NCBI RefSeq assembly: GCF_009914755.1
Contig: NC_060936.1
DNA length: 64,000 nucleotides
Reading direction: 5' to 3' (one strand)
Source: the human T2T-CHM13v2.0 reference genome, Homo sapiens
Shown in pieces: positions 36,554 through 57,619 of the stretch (positions are counted from its first letter, which is position 1; each line of letters starts with the position of its first letter). A program made the translations under genes and the position numbers. Under the pieces are notes generated by a model. The model made no database searches and was not told the DNA's origin. It was given only the letters and a program-made list of their open reading frames with translations.

Positions 36554-36575
36554 GTAGAAGCTGGTAGAATTCCCC

Positions 36576-37456
<881 letters not shown>

Positions 37457-37700
37457 TTTTGGTGTGGCGAGCAGGGTCACCAAAGCTGCTCTGCTCTTCT
37501 GGAAGCCACAGAAAAGGGAACCCAGGAACCAGATCAGCTGGCAAAAAGGTAAGAATTTCTTACCAGTTAGGGTCCCAGCCTCTCTCTCTGTGCAGTATCA
37601 TTGGGTGAATGGTAAAACTCACTGTTTATTGCTTCTGCAAGGTTTTGATTAATGGGAGTAAAATATTTCTGGGTGGCTAGTCTTGATATCTGGTGTGCCT
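37457..37700 (+). mobile_element. ERV1 MER4-group internal leader fragment (PBS-like start, splice donor)
   Basis: TTTTGGTGTGGCGAGCAGG directly after the LTR; strong donor AAG|GTAAGA at 37548/37549; similar to the internal fragment at 63550-63830. Confidence 0.6.
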
Positions 37701-37785
37701 TTCCCTTCCTTCCTCCCTTGATCCCTCCCTCCCTCCCTCCCTCCCTTCCTTCCTTCCTTCCTTCCTTCCTTTTCTTTTTTTATTT
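37699..37785. repeat. (CCCT/CCTT)n microsatellite
   Basis: Direct reading. Confidence 0.85.
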
Positions 37786-38061
37786 TCAGAGTCTTGCTGT
37801 GTTGCCCAGGCTGGAGTGCAGTGGCACAATCTCCGCTCTCTGCAACCTCCCCTCCCAGGCTCAAGCAATTCTCATGCCTCAGCCTCCAGGGTAGCTGGGA
37901 TTACAGGCTCATGCCACCATGCACAGCTAATTTTTTTTTTTTTTTTTTGTATTTTTAGTAGAGGCAGGATTTCGCTATGTGGTCCAGGCTGGTCTCAAAA
38001 CTCCTGGCCTCCAGTGAGCTGCCCACCTTGGCCCCCCAAAGTGTTGGGATTACAGGCGTGA

Positions 38062-38268
<207 letters not shown>

Positions 38269-38399
38269 TAGAGATGAGATCTCCCTGTGTTGCCCAGGCT
38301 AGTCTAGATTAGAACTTCTGGGCTCAAGGGATCTTCTTGACTTGGCCTCTGAAAGAGCTGGGATTACAGGTATGAGCCACTGCACCCGGCCCCATGGTT

Positions 38400-39526
38400 T
38401 TTTGCTTGCTTTACTTATCTATTGGTACATAACAAATTAGCTCAAGATGTAATAGCCTAAGCCATCTCTGATGGTTTCTAGGAGTCAGGAATTCAGGTCT
38501 CTGCTATACATATCTGGGACCTCAGCTGGAGTCCCAAAGGCTGGGGCTGGGACCATCTGAAGGCACAGTCATGTACAGGTCAGCTGTCAGGATGGCTTCA
38601 TAATTTGTGGTTTTCAGTGAACAGTGAAACACAGGGTTCTGGTTGAGAAACGATAAAGAATGTATTGGGGGTAGAGATGGAGAGTGATTAGTAATGGAAA
38701 TGGAATGTAGTGATGTTTGCACAATTCTGTGAATATGCTGCAAACCATTGAATGGTTCACTTGCAATGGGTGAATTTTATAACATATGCGTTATATCTCA
38801 ATAAAGCTGTTTACAGATTATGAAGAATTTCAAAATGGTGATGGCAGAGTATTTAAAAGGGCCAGGGGCTCTTCTTAGCACACGGCTCTGTGCCTGATAC
38901 CAGGCCACACCTCTGTGAAGCTTGCCCACTGCTCTCAGCTGAGGGCCTAGTTCAAAGTCTCAACCAGAGCAGCCCCACGGGGTCTCCCCATGAGATCTGG
39001 GCTTCCGCCCAGCATGGCGGGCCAAAACAGAGAGAGAGAGACAGAGAAGCCAGTATCTTTTTTTTTGAAACAGGGTCTCACTCTGTCACCCAGGCTGGAG
39101 TACAATGGTATGATCATGACTCACTGTAGCCTTGAACTCCTGGGCTCAAGCGATCCTCCCACCTCAGCCTCCTGAGTAGCTGGGACCACAGGCACTCACC
39201 ACCACGCCCGGCTAATTTTTTAATTTTTACTTTTCATAGAGGCAGGGTCTCCCTGTGTGGGCCAGGCTGGTCTTGAACTTCTGGGCTCAAGTGATCCTCC
39301 CACCTTGGCCTCCCAAAGTGCTGGGATTCCAGGCGTGAGCCCCAGTGTCTGGTCCCCTACCCCTTTTATGCCCAGCTTTTAAAGGCACATAACATCACTT
39401 CCACCACATTCTACTCATTAAAAGAAAGTCACTAAGTCTGGCCTGCATTCAAGGGGGAAGGAAATCAGACTCTGTCTTTTGAAGAGAGGAGTTTCAAAGA
39501 AATTATTGATATATTTGAAACTACCA
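38400..39526 (-). mobile_element. MLT1F/G-like LTR hosting MER45A, an L1 fragment and an AluJ
   Basis: ggggctgggaccatctgaagg...catcacttccaccacattctactc...tcaagggggaaggaaatcagactc. Confidence 0.65.
38588..38930 (-). mobile_element. MER45A-like hAT MITE with a nested L1MC 3' fragment (~38665-38815, +)
   Basis: cataatttgtgg...aagaatttcaaaatggtgatggcagagtatttaaaagg...gtgaagcttgccc; the nested piece is caaaccattgaatggttcacttgcaatgggtgaattttat...ctcaataaagctgtt. Confidence 0.6.
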
Positions 39527-39742
39527 AATTGGCCTTCATATCTAGGCTAAGTGATGTTTCATGGTCTCCTGCCTAGCACATAGGAGACAAAGCCCCATGT
39601 GAATTTTCTTGCCAGGCCCCAACAGAAACCAAGGCTGCATTTACACTGTGGGAACCAACTCTGGAAGAACAAGCAGGCTAAAACCAGTTGGGGAAGGAAG
39701 TCTTGTTTCAGGCTTTTTTCCCTCCCCTCTAAATTCCCCTTC

Positions 39743-39773
<31 letters not shown>

Positions 39774-39775
39774 GA

Positions 39776-39961
<186 letters not shown>

Positions 39962-40109
39962 TAGCCAGGATGGTCTCGATCTCCTGACCTTGTGATCCGC
40001 CTGCCTCGGCCTCCCAAAGTGCTGGGATTACAGGCGTGAGCCACCACACCTGGCCCCACTTCCATAATTTTTCTAATCCTTTTGTGGCATTTCTTCATTT
40101 AAAAAAATA

Positions 40110-40308
40110 AATCATGATTCCAGAGATAGATCTACTGGTGTTTGCTGGGGGCGGGGAAGGGATGAATGGGGAATGAATGATTGCCAGTGGGCACAGCGTT
40201 TCTTTTTGGGGTGATGAAAAAGTTCTGAAATTAGATAGTCGTGGTGATTGTACAAGCTTGTGGATATAATAAAAATGAGTGAATAGTATACTTTAAAAGA
40301 GTGAATTT
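40110..40308 (+). mobile_element. L1MB/MC 3' fragment
   Basis: gtttctttttggggtgatgaaaaagttctgaaattagatagtcgtggtgattgtaca...ctttaaaagagtgaattt. Confidence 0.7.
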
Positions 40309-40554
40309 GGCTGGGCACAGTGGCTCACACCGGTAATCCCAGCACTTTGGGAGGCTGAGGTGGGAAGATTGCTTAAGCCTAGGAGTTTGAGACCAGACTG
40401 GGCAACATAGCGAGACCCTGTCTCAACAAAATTACAAAAATTAGTTGGGCATGGTGGCGTGTGCCTGTAATCCCAGCTACTCAGGAGGCTGTCTCAACAA
40501 AATTACAAAAATTAGTCAGGCGTGGTGGCGTGTGCCTGTAATCCCAGCTACTCA

Positions 40555-40734
<180 letters not shown>

Positions 40735-40737
40735 GTC

Positions 40738-41100
40738 TGCTATGGTCTGAATCTGTCCCCTCTTCCTCCCAAATTTGAAATCCTAACCCCTTAAATGATA
40801 GGATTAGGAGGCAGGGACTTTGAGAGGCGATCGGGTCATCAGGGTGCAGCCCTTAGGAATGGGAGTCATGCCCTAATCAAAGAGGCCCCCAGAGAGCTCC
40901 CTTCTCCCTTGTGCTGTGTGGGGACACAGAGAGGAAATCTATGCATCAGGTGGCAGGTCCTCACCATCCTCCTCGGACGCTGAATCTGCTGCCGCCTTGA
41001 TCTTGGACTTCCAGCCTCCACAACCATGGGAAATGAACTGTTGTTTGTAAGCCATGCAGCCCATGGTACCGTGTCATGGCAGCCCTGGTGGACTAAGACA
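40738..41100 (+). mobile_element. MLT1A-type MaLR solo LTR
   Basis: TGCTATGGTCTGAAT...GCCTTGATCTTGGACTTCCAGCCTCC...GGACTAAGACA. Confidence 0.85.
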
Positions 41101-41448
41101 ATGTCCTCGGCTGAATTGTGATTGAGAGCTCAATGGTACAGTCCAGGGGGAGCTTTGTGGTGTTTTGGTTTCTCAAAGAACCACTTGGATCGCTAGGACT
41201 CCGGTCTGCATTTGAAGCCATCTCCTGCCCAAGGACACCTGGTCACCATGGCCAGCATGCAGCCAGACACCAGGGACCTCCCTGTGGCCACCAGAATTGG
41301 TGGATCCATCACTCATGGGGTTTCTCAGGCTTTGCTTTCGCAATTAGTTGGTTCTCCTCAATTGCATTCTGTTTCCCTCTGTTGGTAATAGAGGACTGAC
41401 CACAGGCAGTGGTGATGACAGGGGAAGTCTTGGCTTAGCTCTTAGTGA

Positions 41449-41979
<531 letters not shown>

Positions 41980-42490
41980 TGAAATAGTCATAGGCCTCTC
42001 TCACTTTCTTTGGGTTCTCAGAACCCACCCAAAGAGTGGTCAAGCTAAAATTTCAACCCAGAGACATCTGATTCCAAAGGCCATTTTTCTTCACCTCTGC
42101 CAGCCAGAGAGTGAATGGTCATGTAGCCTGGGAGTGAAAGCCATGCTGGGGGGTTTGAACTTTTTGTTGTCGTTGATGATTGAAGGGTTTTGAGGCAGAA
42201 AAGAAACATAATTCAGTTTTTGTTTTAGAAAGATGGAGCTGGGCATGGTAGCTCATGCCTGTAATCCCAGAACTTTGGGAGCCCAGGACAGGGAGGATCA
42301 CTTGAAGCCAGGAGCATGAGACCAGCCTGGGCAATACCGGGAGATCCCATCTCTTAGAAAAAATAAAAAAAGCAAAGAAAGATAATTCTTAGGAGCTTTA
42401 TGTGAATATTCTTTATTAGACATAATAACAGATAATATTGAGGAGAGTTTTTTTCTGGGTTGGCTACAATAATTTTTGCAGTTTTGTTTA

Positions 42491-42805
<315 letters not shown>

Positions 42806-43376
42806 TCAAGAGATCAAGACCATCCTGGCTAACGTGATGAAACCCCAGGTATCTCTACTAAAAACACAAAAATTATGGCCGGGTGCAGTGTCTCACGCCT
42901 GTAATCCCAGGATTTTGGGAGGCCGAGGTGGGCAGATTACCTGAGGTCAGGAGTTCGAGACCAGCCTGACCAACATGGATAAACCCGATTTCTACTAAAA
43001 ATACAAAATTAGCTGGGTGTGGTGGCGCATACCTGTAATCCCAGCTACTCGGGAGGCTGAGGCAGGAGAATCGCTTGAACCTGGGATGCAGTGAGCCAAC
43101 CAAGATGGCACCACTGCACTCCAGGCTGGTGACAGAGCGAGACTCTGTCTCAAAAGAAAAAAAAAATTTTTTTTGATACAGCTCACGAACAGCAAGGCAA
43201 AATAAAAAATAATTTTTAAAAAAAGTTCAACTTTTTTTTGCAGGGGAGATAGGGTCTCACTCTGTCTCCCAGGCCGGAGTGCAGTGGTGCAATCATAGCT
43301 CACTGTATCCTTGACCTCCTGGGCTCAAGCAATCCTCCCACCTCAGTCTCTCAAAGTGTCGAGATTACAGGCGTGA

Positions 43377-43808
<432 letters not shown>

Positions 43809-44094
43809 TAGTGGATTTTGTGATTTGTTCCCATCATTAAACAAAAGGTCAGTGGAGAGAGAAGCAGCGGTTGGGCAATGTTTGCCTATGAAAAGTCCAT
43901 CTGTCCTTATCTGTCCTTAATGTTATTCTACTTTATTCTAAAGTTGAATTTCTCTGCTGTGCAGCACAGCAGGCTTTATGTAAAATTCTATTCAAATTTA
44001 TAGGCGATAAGTGGTTTTTAAATAAACACATAGGGTGTTCCAACTGAGCTCTGAAACCTCTGGCTGATTGATGCATTTAAGAAAGATGGTGAGA

Positions 44095-44432
44095 TGCTGT
44101 AAGAGCCAGCCCAGGCCATAGCACAGTTCTACAGACTGAGGGGCTTAATCCACAGAAACGGAGTTTCCCACAGTTCTGAAGGCTCCAAGTCTGCAATAAG
44201 TTGTTGGCAGCGTGGTTTCTTCTGAGGCCTCTCTCCTTGGCTTGTAGATGGCCGTCTTCTCCCTGTGTCCTCACTTGGTCATCCCTCTGGGTGTGTCTGT
44301 GTCCTGACCCTCTCTTCTCATAAGGACATCAGCCATTCTGGATTAGGGCCCACCCTAATGACCTCAGTTTAATTCAGTTCCCCTTTAAAGTCCCTGCCTC
44401 CAAATACAGTCACATTCTGAGATGCTGGGGTT
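44095..44432 (-). mobile_element. MLT1B-type MaLR LTR
   Basis: ctgaggcctctctccttggcttgtagatggcc...ggattagggcccaccctaatgacctc...caaatacagtcacattctgag. Confidence 0.8.
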
Positions 44433-44666
44433 CTTCTTCATCTCTGTAATTTTATCTTTCTAAGAATATTATGTAAGTACAATTATATAGTATATAACTT
44501 CTTGAAATTGACCTTTTTTCCAGCCTGGGCAATATGGCGAAACCCCATCTCTACAAAAATGCTATGATGGTGCCACTGCACTCCAGCCTGGGTGACAGAG
44601 TGAGACCTTGTCTCAAAAAAAAAAAAAAAAAAAAAAAGCCTGTTTTTCTTCCCCCACTCAGCATAA

Positions 44667-45017
<351 letters not shown>

Positions 45018-45589
45018 TAATGCTTTAAGATCCATCCAAGTATGGCCGGGCATGGTGGTGTAATCCCAGCACTTTGGAAGGGTTAGACGGGCAGATCACC
45101 CGGGTCAGAAGTTCGCAACCAGCCTGGCCAATGTGGTGAAACACTGTCTACTAAAAATACAGAAAAATAGCCGGGCATGGTGGTGGATGCCTGTAATCCC
45201 AGTTACTCTGGAGGCTGAGGAAGGAGAATCACTTGAGCCCGGGAGGCAGAGTTAGTAGTGAGCTGAGATTGTGCCATTGCCCTCCAGCCTGGATGACAAG
45301 AGCAAGACTCCATCTCAAAAAAAAAAAAAAAAAAAAAAAAGAAAATCCATCCAAGTTGTTGCCCGTATCAATCATTTATTTCTTTTTTATTGCTAAATAG
45401 GATCCCATGGTATGAACGTACTAGTTTAACTATTCACCCACTGAAGGACATTTGCAGAATCTTCTTTTAAAACTAAGCGATGCTGTGTGCAATTGCTCAC
45501 TTACAAGTGATCTGCCTGCCTTTGTGGATTGCTTGAGCCCAGGAGTTCCAGACCAGTGTGGGCAACATGGCAAAACCCCTTCTCTACTA

Positions 45590-45865
<276 letters not shown>

Positions 45866-46175
45866 CTATCTTGAAGTTAGTAAACATTCTTCTTACCCAT
45901 GATTTGTATGTGTTATTACATATTGATGTTTCCGGAAACAATGTATGGCTTTGTTTCACAAGTTTTAAGTATTTATAGAGATGTTACCAGATTGTATGTA
46001 TCTTCCAGCAACTTGCTTTTTGCTCTAGATGTTATGCTCAAGTTTTAGTACTGTTGATACAAGTAACTGTGGTTCATTTTTCTTCACTGCTATAGTGTAT
46101 TCCATTGAGCAACTGAATCTGTTCCCCTACTAATGGATATTTAGGTTGTTTCTTGTTTTTTTACTATAACAATGT

Positions 46176-46206
<31 letters not shown>

Positions 46207-46844
46207 CTTCGGAGTTTTGCTCTTGTCACCCAGGCTGGAGTGTAGTGACACATCTCGGCTCACTGCAACCTCCACCTCCTGGATTCAAGTGAGTCTCCTG
46301 CCTCAGCCTCCTGAGCAGCTGGGATTATAGGCGGTGCCACCACGCCCAGCTAATTTTTGTATTTTTAGTAGAGAGGGGGTTTCGCCATGTTGGCCAGGCT
46401 GTCTGGTCTTGAATTCCTGACCTCAGGTGATCCACCCACCTCGGCCTCCCAAAGTGCTGGGATTACAGGCATGAGCCACTGCACCCAGCCACAGTGACTA
46501 TCTTTGACCTGCCTCCTTATGAAGTGGTACCTTCTTTAGAAAGAGAAGAACGTTTAACAAGGAAGAAAAGGGCCAACCTGCAGCGAGATTTGGAGAAGGG
46601 AAACAGCATTTGCAGGACATCCACTCAACTCTAGGCTTCGTGCCAGGCGGCTTAAGTATATGATCACAGCCTCGGCTTGGGAGGGGCCTGAGGGCCTAAT
46701 GAACAGCCTGGTACAGCCTGGTACAGCCTAGGACATCCTGGGAAGTTCTGGAAATACTGACTCCAAGCAGGTCAAGGTATTTGCTCTACTTTTTCCAGTT
46801 CAAGTTGCATATCTCTCACTTTGCATGTTCTCAGAACTTTAAAA

Positions 46845-47607
<763 letters not shown>

Positions 47608-48395
47608 TAGTATAGACGGGGTTTTACCATGTTGGTCAGGCTGGTCTTGCACTCCTGACCTCACGTAATTCACCTGCCTTGGCCTCCCAGAGTGCTGGGA
47701 TTATAGGCGTGAGCCACTGTGCACAGCCTATGATGTATTTTGTTAGCATGCTGAAAAGAAACCAACTTTTTCAACCTGAGGACATCAGTTGGTCAGTTCA
47801 CTTTCTCTTCTTTTCGGAGTTGCATTGAGAACATCCTGTACTGTTCCTAGCACCTGTTGATAGATGTAAATCCTTGTCTAGGTGTGGCCAGAGCTCCAGG
47901 TGTATCAATATTTGTTAACAGCTCAGAAGCACTTGGCTTTCATGGGACAGGGCCGTGGGATTGTGGACTATAGGCCAGGCCCTGATGTTTGAAATGCCAC
48001 ACACAAACTCCTTGTCCCTGAAGACACAGAGGGTAGCCAAATGTTAAATTTGAGCCCAAAGAGAATCCAGCACTGGTTGCAAAATACCCCTGTCTCTTTT
48101 GTCTCACAGAAGACAAGAAACAGTGAACAGAACTTCATGGCCCGGTATGAGCTTCAACCAAGCCTCCCAAGGAGTATTCCTTTGCCCTGAGCTTATTAAG
48201 CAATATATAAGTAACAGAGGGCTGGGCGCGGTGGCTCACACCTGTAAATCCCAGCACTATGGGAGGCCAAGGTGATTGGATCACGAGGTCAAGAGATCGA
48301 GACCATCCTGGCCAACATGGTGAAACCCCATCTCTACTAAAAAATACAAAAATTAGCTGGGCATGGTGGCGCGTGCCTGTAGTACCAGCTACTCA

Positions 48396-49294
<899 letters not shown>

Positions 49295-49905
49295 TTACAC
49301 ATATGAGCCACCAGTAATTTTGAAAGCAAAAGAACTGAGATAGGCTCCACTGAAAGCCCAAATGTGCTCGTGAAATAGAGGGTGATCTAAAACATTATCC
49401 AAGGAGCACCTGACAGATAGCACGTCTTCGCACAAATAGTAGGTGAAAAAAATACCCTTGGCGTGGCCACCAAGGCCAAGATGGCCTTGAGACTCTGCCT
49501 TTCTAGGAATGCCCAGACCAAGGAGCCAAGCCACCCGTGCCCTGCACCTTCTGGGGCCTCCTGTGGTTTTGTGGACCTACTCCTGCACCCCCCTGTCATC
49601 ATGGTTCACCAGGCCCCACCCCACAGCCACCCAGTGCTCCTGCAAAAGGATAGGGACATTCACACCTGCCCAGCCACCCCAGGACCCCCTGGGCCCAAGC
49701 TTGGAGTGGCTGCAGAAACTGTGAGCCCCTCTGTTGTTAGGGAGGAGGTCCCTTTGCCTGTGGCTCCCAATAATAGCATGAAAACAAACGACAAATAAAA
49801 TATCCTTTATGGCCGGGCACAGTGGCTCATGCCTGTAATCCCTTTATGGCCGGGCACAGTGGCTCATGGCTGTAATCACTTTGGGAGGCTGAGGCAGGCA
49901 GATCA

Positions 49906-50166
<261 letters not shown>

Positions 50167-50663
50167 CTATCGCCTTCATGATCCTTCTAATGAAAGTGAT
50201 ATGGATCAATGGGTTCTCTCAGGTGAGAATCTGGGAGGCGCAGGCATTCAGAGCTTGAGACTCATTCATGGTTAGGAGCTGGGGGAAGGGCTGGGTTCTG
50301 GTCCTTAAGCCCAAGCCTGGCTTAATCCTCCTTTTCCATAAGAAATGCTGCCCCCTCTCCAGTTCCTTCCTCTTTCTGCTTGTTATTTTTTGCTCAAGCT
50401 CATCTGAAGTATGTTTCAAGTACTTGCATCCCTCAGGACCTTGAGTTAAGCAACCATACTAAGACATCGTGTCACTATAATGAGGGAAAAAAGTGGAATT
50501 TCCTTCTCAGGAAGTTTGTCAGTAACACAAACAGCCCCAGCCTCAGTCAACAAAGAATTTCATCAGAAATGCCCGGCGCGGTGGCTCACGCCTGTAATCC
50601 CAGCTCTTAGGGAGGCCGAGGCAGGTGGATCACGAGGTCAGGAGATTGAGACAATCCTGGCTA

Positions 50664-50882
<219 letters not shown>

Positions 50883-51241
50883 TCAGTTCCAATTTGAAGA
50901 CATTGCCAATCTGAACCAAAAGATGGGTGTGCAGACGGCAACCCATAGCCCTTGGCTGGTAAATGGTCAATTTCTAGTTATTGATGGCTCCACCAAACAC
51001 CACCCCTGTCCAAGGCTCCTCAGATGATCAATTCCTCAGCTCAATCTCTGATTACAGAAGTAAAGTGGGGAAGGGGTCAGGTGGCTGACAGACCATCTGC
51101 AGAGAAAACTGTTATAGTTAGCAGCAAGGCCAGCGGATCGATAGATTGTAATCAGGAAGCATTTTGAAAATGAAACCAAACGTCATTTGAAGGATCTGCA
51201 ATGTGTCTGTGCCTGAATATGGGATACCATTTAGATCCTTC

Positions 51242-52565
<1,324 letters not shown>

Positions 52566-52949
52566 ATCCCTCACTTTGGGTTTCATAACAACCTTATTCC
52601 CTTTTTTTTTTTTTAGACAGAGTCTCGCTCTGCTGCCAGGCTGAAGTGCAGTGGCACAAGCTCAGCTCACCGCAACCTCCAATTCCTGGTTCAAGCGTTT
52701 CTCCTGCCTCAGCCTCCCGAGTAGCTGGGATTACAGGCATGTGCCACCACGCCCGGCTAATTTGTGTATTTTTAGTAGAGACTGGTTTTCACCATGTTGG
52801 CCAGGATGGTCTTGATCTCCTGACCTCATGATCCACCCGCCTCGGCCTCCCAAAGTGCTGGGATTACAGGTGTGAGCCACTGCACCTGGACTGTAACAAC
52901 CTTATTCTTCAGGTGTGAGCTGTGAGATGGAAAAAGGGCAAAGACTGCT

Positions 52950-53411
52950 TTAGCTCCTTTTTCCTGACAGGAGTGTAGTTAGGGCGGGTGTTGACCCCAA
53001 GGTAAGAGGAGTGGAATTGCTTTGCAGCTGTCTGCCTGGACTCATGGTGCCTGGTTGGGGTTTTGAGGCTTGCAGGAGTAAGGTGTTAGTATTCTTACCT
53101 AGAGTTTTAACATAGTGTTTAAATGAGTAGATAACTATAAGGTATATAATGAGTCCTAGGTTAAGGAGTGAAAGTCCTAGCTTCAGAAGCCTTTGTAGAG
53201 CCCGGGCGTGGTGGTTCATGCCTGTAATCCCAGCACTTTGGGAGACCAAGGCAGGAGGATTGCTTGAGCCCAGGAGTTCAAGACTAGTCTAGGCAATAAA
53301 GTGAGACTTTGTCTATGAAAAAAAAGAAGAAAAAAAAAAAAGAAGCCTTTGTAGAATTGATCTTAAGCTCTGAGGGATCCAGGTGAATAGCTCCAAGAAC
53401 CAATCAGACAT
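52950..53411 (-). pseudogene. Env transmembrane/cytoplasmic-tail remnant, split by an Alu monomer
   Basis: Removing the Alu monomer at 53200-53340 plus one copy of its 15-bp TSD (agaagcctttgtaga) gives a 101-aa frame, [52 protein letters not shown]..., located just upstream of the PPT and 3' LTR. Confidence 0.6.
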
Positions 53412-54854
53412 GGGTCATTAGCAGAGAGAGTTGGGTCAGAGGTTGTTGGACAAACATATCGGGATAGACAAGAATGAGTGAATTTCATTTTATTTTACTT
53501 TATTTTATTTGGTACTGCTCCTTGTGGATCAGGACTAACTCATTGGCAATGCACCTATAGTCAGCCAGGAAGGAGCAAATTTAAATACACTGTCCCATAT
53601 ATTATTAGTCAGTTTCCTAGTCCTGGGACTAGATCAGTTCAGTTAAACAGCTGTTTCCCATATCAGGAAGTGGCATTGCACATGGGCTAGGCCTCTATAT
53701 GTGATGAAGACAAACAGATTTTTAATACGAGGCATTTCTTGTATTAAAATGGAGGAAATACAAGAAAAACAAAAGTTAATGTTGGGCACAATTTATCCAG
53801 ATGTGAAACTCAAAATACCTTTAGTTATAGAGCAGGAAGGCAGTCGTAATCTGACATGTTTTTGCCTCCTATATTAAAAGAATAAACTTCAGCTTACAGG
53901 GTCTCAGGAAAAAAGGTAGTAGCAATTTTATTGAGTCCAAGTCAGAAAAGTGGAAGAAAAATGTGAAAGCATTAGTTTGGAAAACATTAGTTTGGAGCAT
54001 TAGTTCATTAGCTTCAGGACAGCCATAGTTAAAGGTGCAGTCAACAAGAAAAACTGGTTATCTCTGTGACACACAACAATTTTTAAAATTTAGTTTAATT
54101 TTTTTGAAACAGGGTCTCACTCTGTCACGCAGGCTGGAGTGCAGTGGTGTGATCACAGCTCACTGCAGCCACAAAGAATTCAGGATTTAGTCCAAATTGC
54201 AGAAAATAACAAAAACTCAAGAACAGTGGACTAGAATCTAACAATGGGTGTACTATAGCTTTTGAAACATAGTTTTTCTCTCTTTAGTCCCCATTTTTAT
54301 TAAAAACAAATAGTAGTAGGACACATGTAATTGCAAAATAAGTCTTAGTCTTATTATACTTGGCCTGATTATTTGTATAACGTACAGCAAGAATAATTAT
54401 TTGCCATATAGGCTCTTTAAAATTGGCTTTGCTGGTCAGGCATGGTGGCTTACACCTGTAATCCCAGCACTTTGGGAGGCCAAGGTGGGAGAAACACTTG
54501 AGCCCAGGAGTTCAAGACCAGCCTGGGCAACATAGCGAGATCCCCGTCTCTACAAAAATTAGCCAGGTGTGGTGACGCGTGCCTGTAGTCCCAGCTACTT
54601 GGGAGGCTGAGGTGGGAGAATCACCTGAGCCCGGATGACAGAGCAAGGCCGTGGCCCAAAAATAAATAAATAAATAAAAACAAAATTAGCTTTGCTGAAA
54701 TTTCATTCCCTAAGGAATCTCACCTTATACTTTTTAAAGCCTTTAGCCCAGCCATGGATTTATCTATGCCTGCAAATACCTGTATGAGTTGGGAGAATTT
54801 TCCTCCTCTCAAGGTCCCAAGATAATTTGGGCTTCTGGGCCTGTCAGAAAGTGA

Positions 54855-55148
<294 letters not shown>

Positions 55149-55968
55149 TGAACTTCCCGACCTCAGGTGATCTGCCCACCTCGACCTCCCAAAGTGCTGG
55201 AATTACAGGCATGAGCCACTGTGCCCAGTTATAAATCCTTTTTTCAATTAATCAAACCCTTGCAGAGGAGACAAACAATGATGTTTACCATTCACAGAGA
55301 GAGAGAGTGAGAGAGAGACAGAGAGAGAGAGACCAGAAGCCTGGCTTGTCAGAAGTTCTTACTCTCTTTGCTGGCATACCAGATTTCTGGGTTCCCTTTC
55401 CCTGCAGCTTCCAGAACAATGGAAAATCACCACGAGTCAGGCCTGTTGCGCTTCCGCTAACAGTTCCTTCAGGGTTCAGCAAATGTGACAGACCAGACAA
55501 ACTAGGAGAGCCTGTTGGACTTCCATCAGCAATTCCTGTACATACACAAACACTCAAGTGAAAAAGACAAGCAGAAGGACTTGCAGACAGAGACTCCAGA
55601 CCAAATCACAAACCAAGAATGTTCCTCCAAACAAGTCCCCTATTCTTGATCCAGTTAGAGCAGACACCCCCTTCAGAGAGGCCAGCAGGTCAGAAGGATG
55701 AGGTTGTTGGAAGCACCTAGAATACTCACCAAATCAGACACCCATGATGGGGCTACAGGAGCGGGACATCTCCCCAGGACTGTTTATTGCATTTGAATCC
55801 ATGCACCATGAGTTGGCAACACCCTGCTGGTAGAGACGGTGCTACAGTTAGCCCCCAGTCCAAGAACTAAATTGCCACTTGGGCGGGCCTCCAGATCCAT
55901 CGCTGGTGGAGGGCTAACAAACGTCAGGCAGGTATCCACAAGGATGGTCCCGGATGACTCCCCAGATT

Positions 55969-56982
<1,014 letters not shown>

Positions 56983-57433
56983 CACTCACTTCAGGTAAGG
57001 CATTGTGGGACAAATAAGAGAATGAACCTCGAAAGGGAAGGGAGCTCAAAGAATCAGAAATGAACATGATCTTGCTCCCCTGACTTTATGGATCTAGACT
57101 TAGAGATAATCTCTTGATGCTGGAAAGAGATTGTTGGGAAGAGCTGTGAGGAAGTTCTGGTCTACATAGCAGAGAGTGAACTCATGAATCTTGTGACCCT
57201 AAGAACTAAGCCCCCAAAATAAACAGCTGCAAGACAGGTTTAAAGGCAGTAATGCAAAATAGATGCATATATGATTATAACCACCTTTTCCAATATATAG
57301 ACACATAGACAGATCTACATACATAAATTCTGTCTTCCTCTTCCTCTCTCTCGTTTCACACACACACACAAACACACACACAGGAAATGTAGAAGATACT
57401 TTCCAATGGCTCAGCCTGAGTATCAGAGTGTCT

Positions 57434-57434
<1 letters not shown>

Positions 57435-57468
<34 letters not shown>

Positions 57469-57517
57469 TTTTCTTCTTTTCTTCCTTTCTTCCTTTCTTT
57501 CTTACTTTCTTTTCTTC

Positions 57518-57576
<59 letters not shown>

Positions 57577-57579
57577 TCA

Positions 57580-57613
<34 letters not shown>

Positions 57614-57619
57614 TTTTTT
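57435..57619. repeat. Compound (GCTT)n-(CTTT)n-(CT)n-Tn microsatellite, tail of an AluJ (~57600-57903, -)
   Basis: Direct reading. Confidence 0.9.

Noticed and set aside
35907-36557. GC-rich ORFs and apparent CpG island suggesting a gene 5' end
   Set aside because: Entirely within the LTR12C U3 region; stop-poor because of GC content.
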